A DNA stretch of 64,000 nucleotides from Sulfurimonas sp. (GTDB lineage: Bacteria > Campylobacterota > Campylobacteria > Campylobacterales > Sulfurimonadaceae): positions 3,925 to 67,924 of the forward strand of contig JAKISX010000002.1 of the NCBI GenBank assembly GCA_021648405.1, written 5' to 3'. Of this stretch, positions 61,218 to 64,000 are shown piece after piece; position 1 is the first letter of the stretch; each line of letters starts with the position of its first letter. The position numbers and the translations under genes are program-made. Under the pieces are notes generated by a model that searched no databases, was not told the origin of the DNA, and worked only from the letters and a program-made list of their open reading frames with translations.

Positions 61218-62366
61218 ATGGTTGAGAATATACATATTGTTTTTATACCTCCAAGCGGACAATTTAAAAAGCAGGATTTTTCTCTACAAAGAATTGCTAA
61301 ATGGCTTAATGAATATGATGAGATTAAAACTACTTTAGTGCATATAAAACCTATTTTTGAGTTAGATACAACTATGTTTGATAAAGTAATACAAAAGAAT
61401 AATCAAGCAGAAATTATACCAACACTAAAAACTATTAAATATAATATGATTTTTCATCGAACTTGGATGACAAATTATGAATTTGCTGCAGAGTTAGTTA
61501 AAGAGTTTGATAGCGTTAGTGTAAATATAAAAGATTGGAATTTTGCTCCAAAAGATGTATATGAATTTTTGTATCCCAGCTTTAAAGATTATGAAGCGAT
61601 AGGATACATATTTAAAAATTGTAATCACATACTCTCTCACTTCACAAAAAAACAAGCAAAATTATGGGCAAAAGAGTATGATACAAAAAGGGAAAAATTT
61701 ATATTTTTCCCTGAATACTGCAATAAAAACTCTTTTAACAAAAAACCAGTACTAAAATACAAAAATATACACTTAGTATATGCTGGTGCTATCTCTCCAA
61801 GTACTAAACCAGAAGATTATTTTCCTGGAAAATCTCATATTAGAGCTATAAAATCACTTACAAAACAAGGTATAAACATAGATTTTGTTTTACCGCAACA
61901 TATATATGATTTTACTATGAAATCAGTTGATGTGTTTAAAGACTTTATATATGAAAAAGAGATTAATAAAAAATTTAATATTATTAAAGGAAAATCTTTA
62001 GATTCATCAGTTTTAAATAAATACCATTTTGGTTTTTTCGAGCTAGAAGCATCAGGTCTTAATCATACGCTTTATAAATATGCTTTAACTAGTAAGTTTG
62101 CGTTTTATCTTGAAGCTGGTTTGCCAATGCTTATAAATGATAAATTTGTCTCTATGGCTAAAATAATTAAAGAGCATAAGTTAGGTATTGTTTTTAATAA
62201 TAACGAACTTGAAAATATGAGTGCTGTATTAGATATTTCACAAACGGAATATGATAAATTTATACTAAATATACAAAAATACAGAAAAAAGTTTATATAT
62301 AAAAAAAAGCATTTGAAAATGATTGGTCTCTTGGATAAAAAGGGTGTGGTAAATGAAAAAAACTAG
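61218..62366 (+). CDS. Putative GT-B glycosyltransferase-like protein
   Basis: LVYAGAI, SKFAFYLEAGLPML, HKLGI. Confidence 0.6.
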   Translation: MVENIHIVFIPPSGQFKKQDFSLQRIAKWLNEYDEIKTTLVHIKPIFELDTTMFDKVIQKNNQAEIIPTLKTIKYNMIFHRTWMTNYEFAAELVKEFDSVSVNIKDWNFAPKDVYEFLYPSFKDYEAIGYIFKNCNHILSHFTKKQAKLWAKEYDTKREKFIFFPEYCNKNSFNKKPVLKYKNIHLVYAGAISPSTKPEDYFPGKSHIRAIKSLTKQGINIDFVLPQHIYDFTMKSVDVFKDFIYEKEINKKFNIIKGKSLDSSVLNKYHFGFFELEASGLNHTLYKYALTSKFAFYLEAGLPMLINDKFVSMAKIIKEHKLGIVFNNNELENMSAVLDISQTEYDKFILNIQKYRKKFIYKKKHLKMIGLLDKKGVVNEKN

Positions 62367-64000
62367 CGTTTTATTAATAGCACCAACTTATGTAGATTCA
62401 CCAAATACTATGTATTTTCCTATTGGTATGGCATATTTAGCTTCTTATATAGAATCTAAAGGTTATGAAGTAGATGGTTTAAATATGAGTAACTACGGTT
62501 TTAAAAATGGATTACAAGAATTAAATTTAAAATTGCAAACAAAAAAATATGACGTAATAGGCATAGGAGCTCTAACCGTTGCATTTGAGCAGATAGAAAA
62601 ATTAATAATCTATTTAAGGGGCATAACTAATGCAAAAATTGTCATTGGTGGCGGTGTTACATCATGTGAAAGCGAATTAGTAATACAGGAATTAAAACCA
62701 GATTATATGGTAATAAGTGAGGGAGAGTTAATATTTGAGGAACTTTTATCTCATATAAGAAATCCAGATAAATTCAATTTGCCAAAAGGTGTTTGGTCAT
62801 TAAAAAATGCAGAGATGATTTCAAATAATGAAAGTCATGCTATTTCTGATTTAGATTTATTGCCTTTTCCTAATTATGAACTAATGGGTATCTCAGAATT
62901 TATGGACTTACAAACTGGAAGTGGTTGGTCATATCATAAAACAGATATCTCAGTTGGTAAGTATATGCCAATATCAGCAAGTCGTTCTTGCCCATTTCAA
63001 TGCACTTTTTGTCATCATGCAGGGATGGGTACATATAGAAAACACTCTGTTAAGTACGCAATAGATTTTATAAAAAAAATGACTACACAATATAGGGTAA
63101 AACATCTTTCAATTTATGATGAACTTTTTTCCATGGATAAAAAAAGGGTTATGGAATTTTGTAAAGAGCTAAAATCTTTAAACATAACTTTTATGTGTCA
63201 GTTAAGAGTTGATCAGGTTGATGCAGAGATGTTAATGGCAATGAAAGAAGCTGGTTGCATAGAGATTTCATATGGTATTGAGAGTGGAAGCGATATTGTA
63301 ATTAAAAGTATGAATAAAAAAGTTCTTGTAAAGCAGATTGAAAATGCCGTAAGATTAACAAAAGAGGCAAAAATTGGAATTCAAGGCAATTTCTTATTTG
63401 GAGATCCTGCAGAGACAAAAGAAACCATAGAAGAATCAATTCGTTTTCAAGAAAAGAGTAAACTATTTTTTGCAGATTGGTCTATGGTTATTCCGTACCC
63501 TGGCACAGTGCTTCACCAGCAAGCATTAGACAAAAATATTATTAAAGATAGGGTACAATTTATTAAAGATGTATCAGATACTTCAAAGTATTTATGGAAT
63601 AAACCAATCAATCTTACAAATTTTTCAGATGAAGAGTATTTAAGCAGATATTCTACGCTAAGAGAATTAAATGATACTAATCACAGAAAAGTTTTATCTA
63701 AAGTAATTGATGCAGTAGCGGTTGATGAAAAACACTCAAATATGAAGCTAGAATGTCCAAATTGTAAGCTGACAACTATATATGACAACTTACCTTTTCC
63801 AATAAATATAAAAAATAATTTATTTGAAGATAGAGAATCGTTTTATGGTTTTTTGGGAATAAATATGGTTTGTCCACAATGCAGATCTAAGCACCACCTC
63901 TTACCTAAAAGCATAGAGCATATTAAACCAAAATTTGAAGTTTTTGATTTAGCATTAAAAGAGTTTATCGATGTAAATAATGATGAAATAGTGATGATGC
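62353..64000 (+). CDS. Cobalamin-binding radical SAM protein (runs off the window end)
   Basis: Not in the ORF track. Reads MKKTSVLLIAP..FPIGMAYLASY, IGGG, SEGE, LPFP, SRSCPFQCTFC, YDELF, GIESGS, FLFGDPAET, PYPGT; later CPNC and CPQC. Confidence 0.9.
   Translation, partial: MKKTSVLLIAPTYVDSPNTMYFPIGMAYLASYIESKGYEVDGLNMSNYGFKNGLQELNLKLQTKKYDVIGIGALTVAFEQIEKLIIYLRGITNAKIVIGGGVTSCESELVIQELKPDYMVISEGELIFEELLSHIRNPDKFNLPKGVWSLKNAEMISNNESHAISDLDLLPFPNYELMGISEFMDLQTGSGWSYHKTDISVGKYMPISASRSCPFQCTFCHHAGMGTYRKHSVKYAIDFIKKMTTQYRVKHLSIYDELFSMDKKRVMEFCKELKSLNITFMCQLRVDQVDAEMLMAMKEAGCIEISYGIESGSDIVIKSMNKKVLVKQIENAVRLTKEAKIGIQGNFLFGDPAETKETIEESIRFQEKSKLFFADWSMVIPYPGTVLHQQALDKNIIKDRVQFIKDVSDTSKYLWNKPINLTNFSDEEYLSRYSTLRELNDTNHRKVLSKVIDAVAVDEKHSNMKLECPNCKLTTIYDNLPFPINIKNNLFEDRESFYGFLGINMVCPQCRSKHHLLPKSIEHIKPKFEVFDLALKEFIDVNNDEIVMM

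Noticed and set aside
1-64000. tRNA, rRNA, IS transposase, integrase or prophage genes
   Set aside because: No supporting motifs seen by eye; a tRNAscan/Infernal run would be needed to exclude small RNAs formally

Overview
AT-rich chromosomal segment of a free-living Campylobacterota bacterium (Sulfurimonas-like gene content and order; taxon inferred, not proven). It holds mostly core genes (coaE, dapF, prfA, rpsT, glmM, lspA, cdsA-dxr, tsaD, tpx, typA, murB, fliQ, mqnD, recA, ilvE, hisIE, purF, dinB). It also has a cobamide uptake/salvage cluster (btuBFDC, kinase, cobD, cbiB, cobQ, cobU, cobS, cobC, cobT), a phosphate locus (porin, pstSCAB, phoU, two-component pair), a single-chain R-M-S restriction-modification gene wedged in front of tsaD, and the start of a surface-glycan locus ending in a B12-dependent radical SAM gene. 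No rRNA, tRNA, CRISPR array or transposase was seen. Most notable: (1) one ~30-bp palindromic operator (ATAAAAGTATGACAA-T-TTGTCATACTTTTAT) upstream of recA, dinB and the R-M gene, each time with its centre exactly 36 nt before a -10 hexamer, a candidate undescribed activator-type DNA-damage/defence regulon; (2) dinB needs a non-canonical start codon (ATT or CTG); (3) a family of GTCAT-tagged REP-like palindromes, one doublet translated in frame inside btuF; (4) an A10 tract followed by an off-frame TAA at the R-M/S junction; (5) a readable Pho box at three promoters; (6) a type II homoserine-kinase-like gene coupled to cobD.
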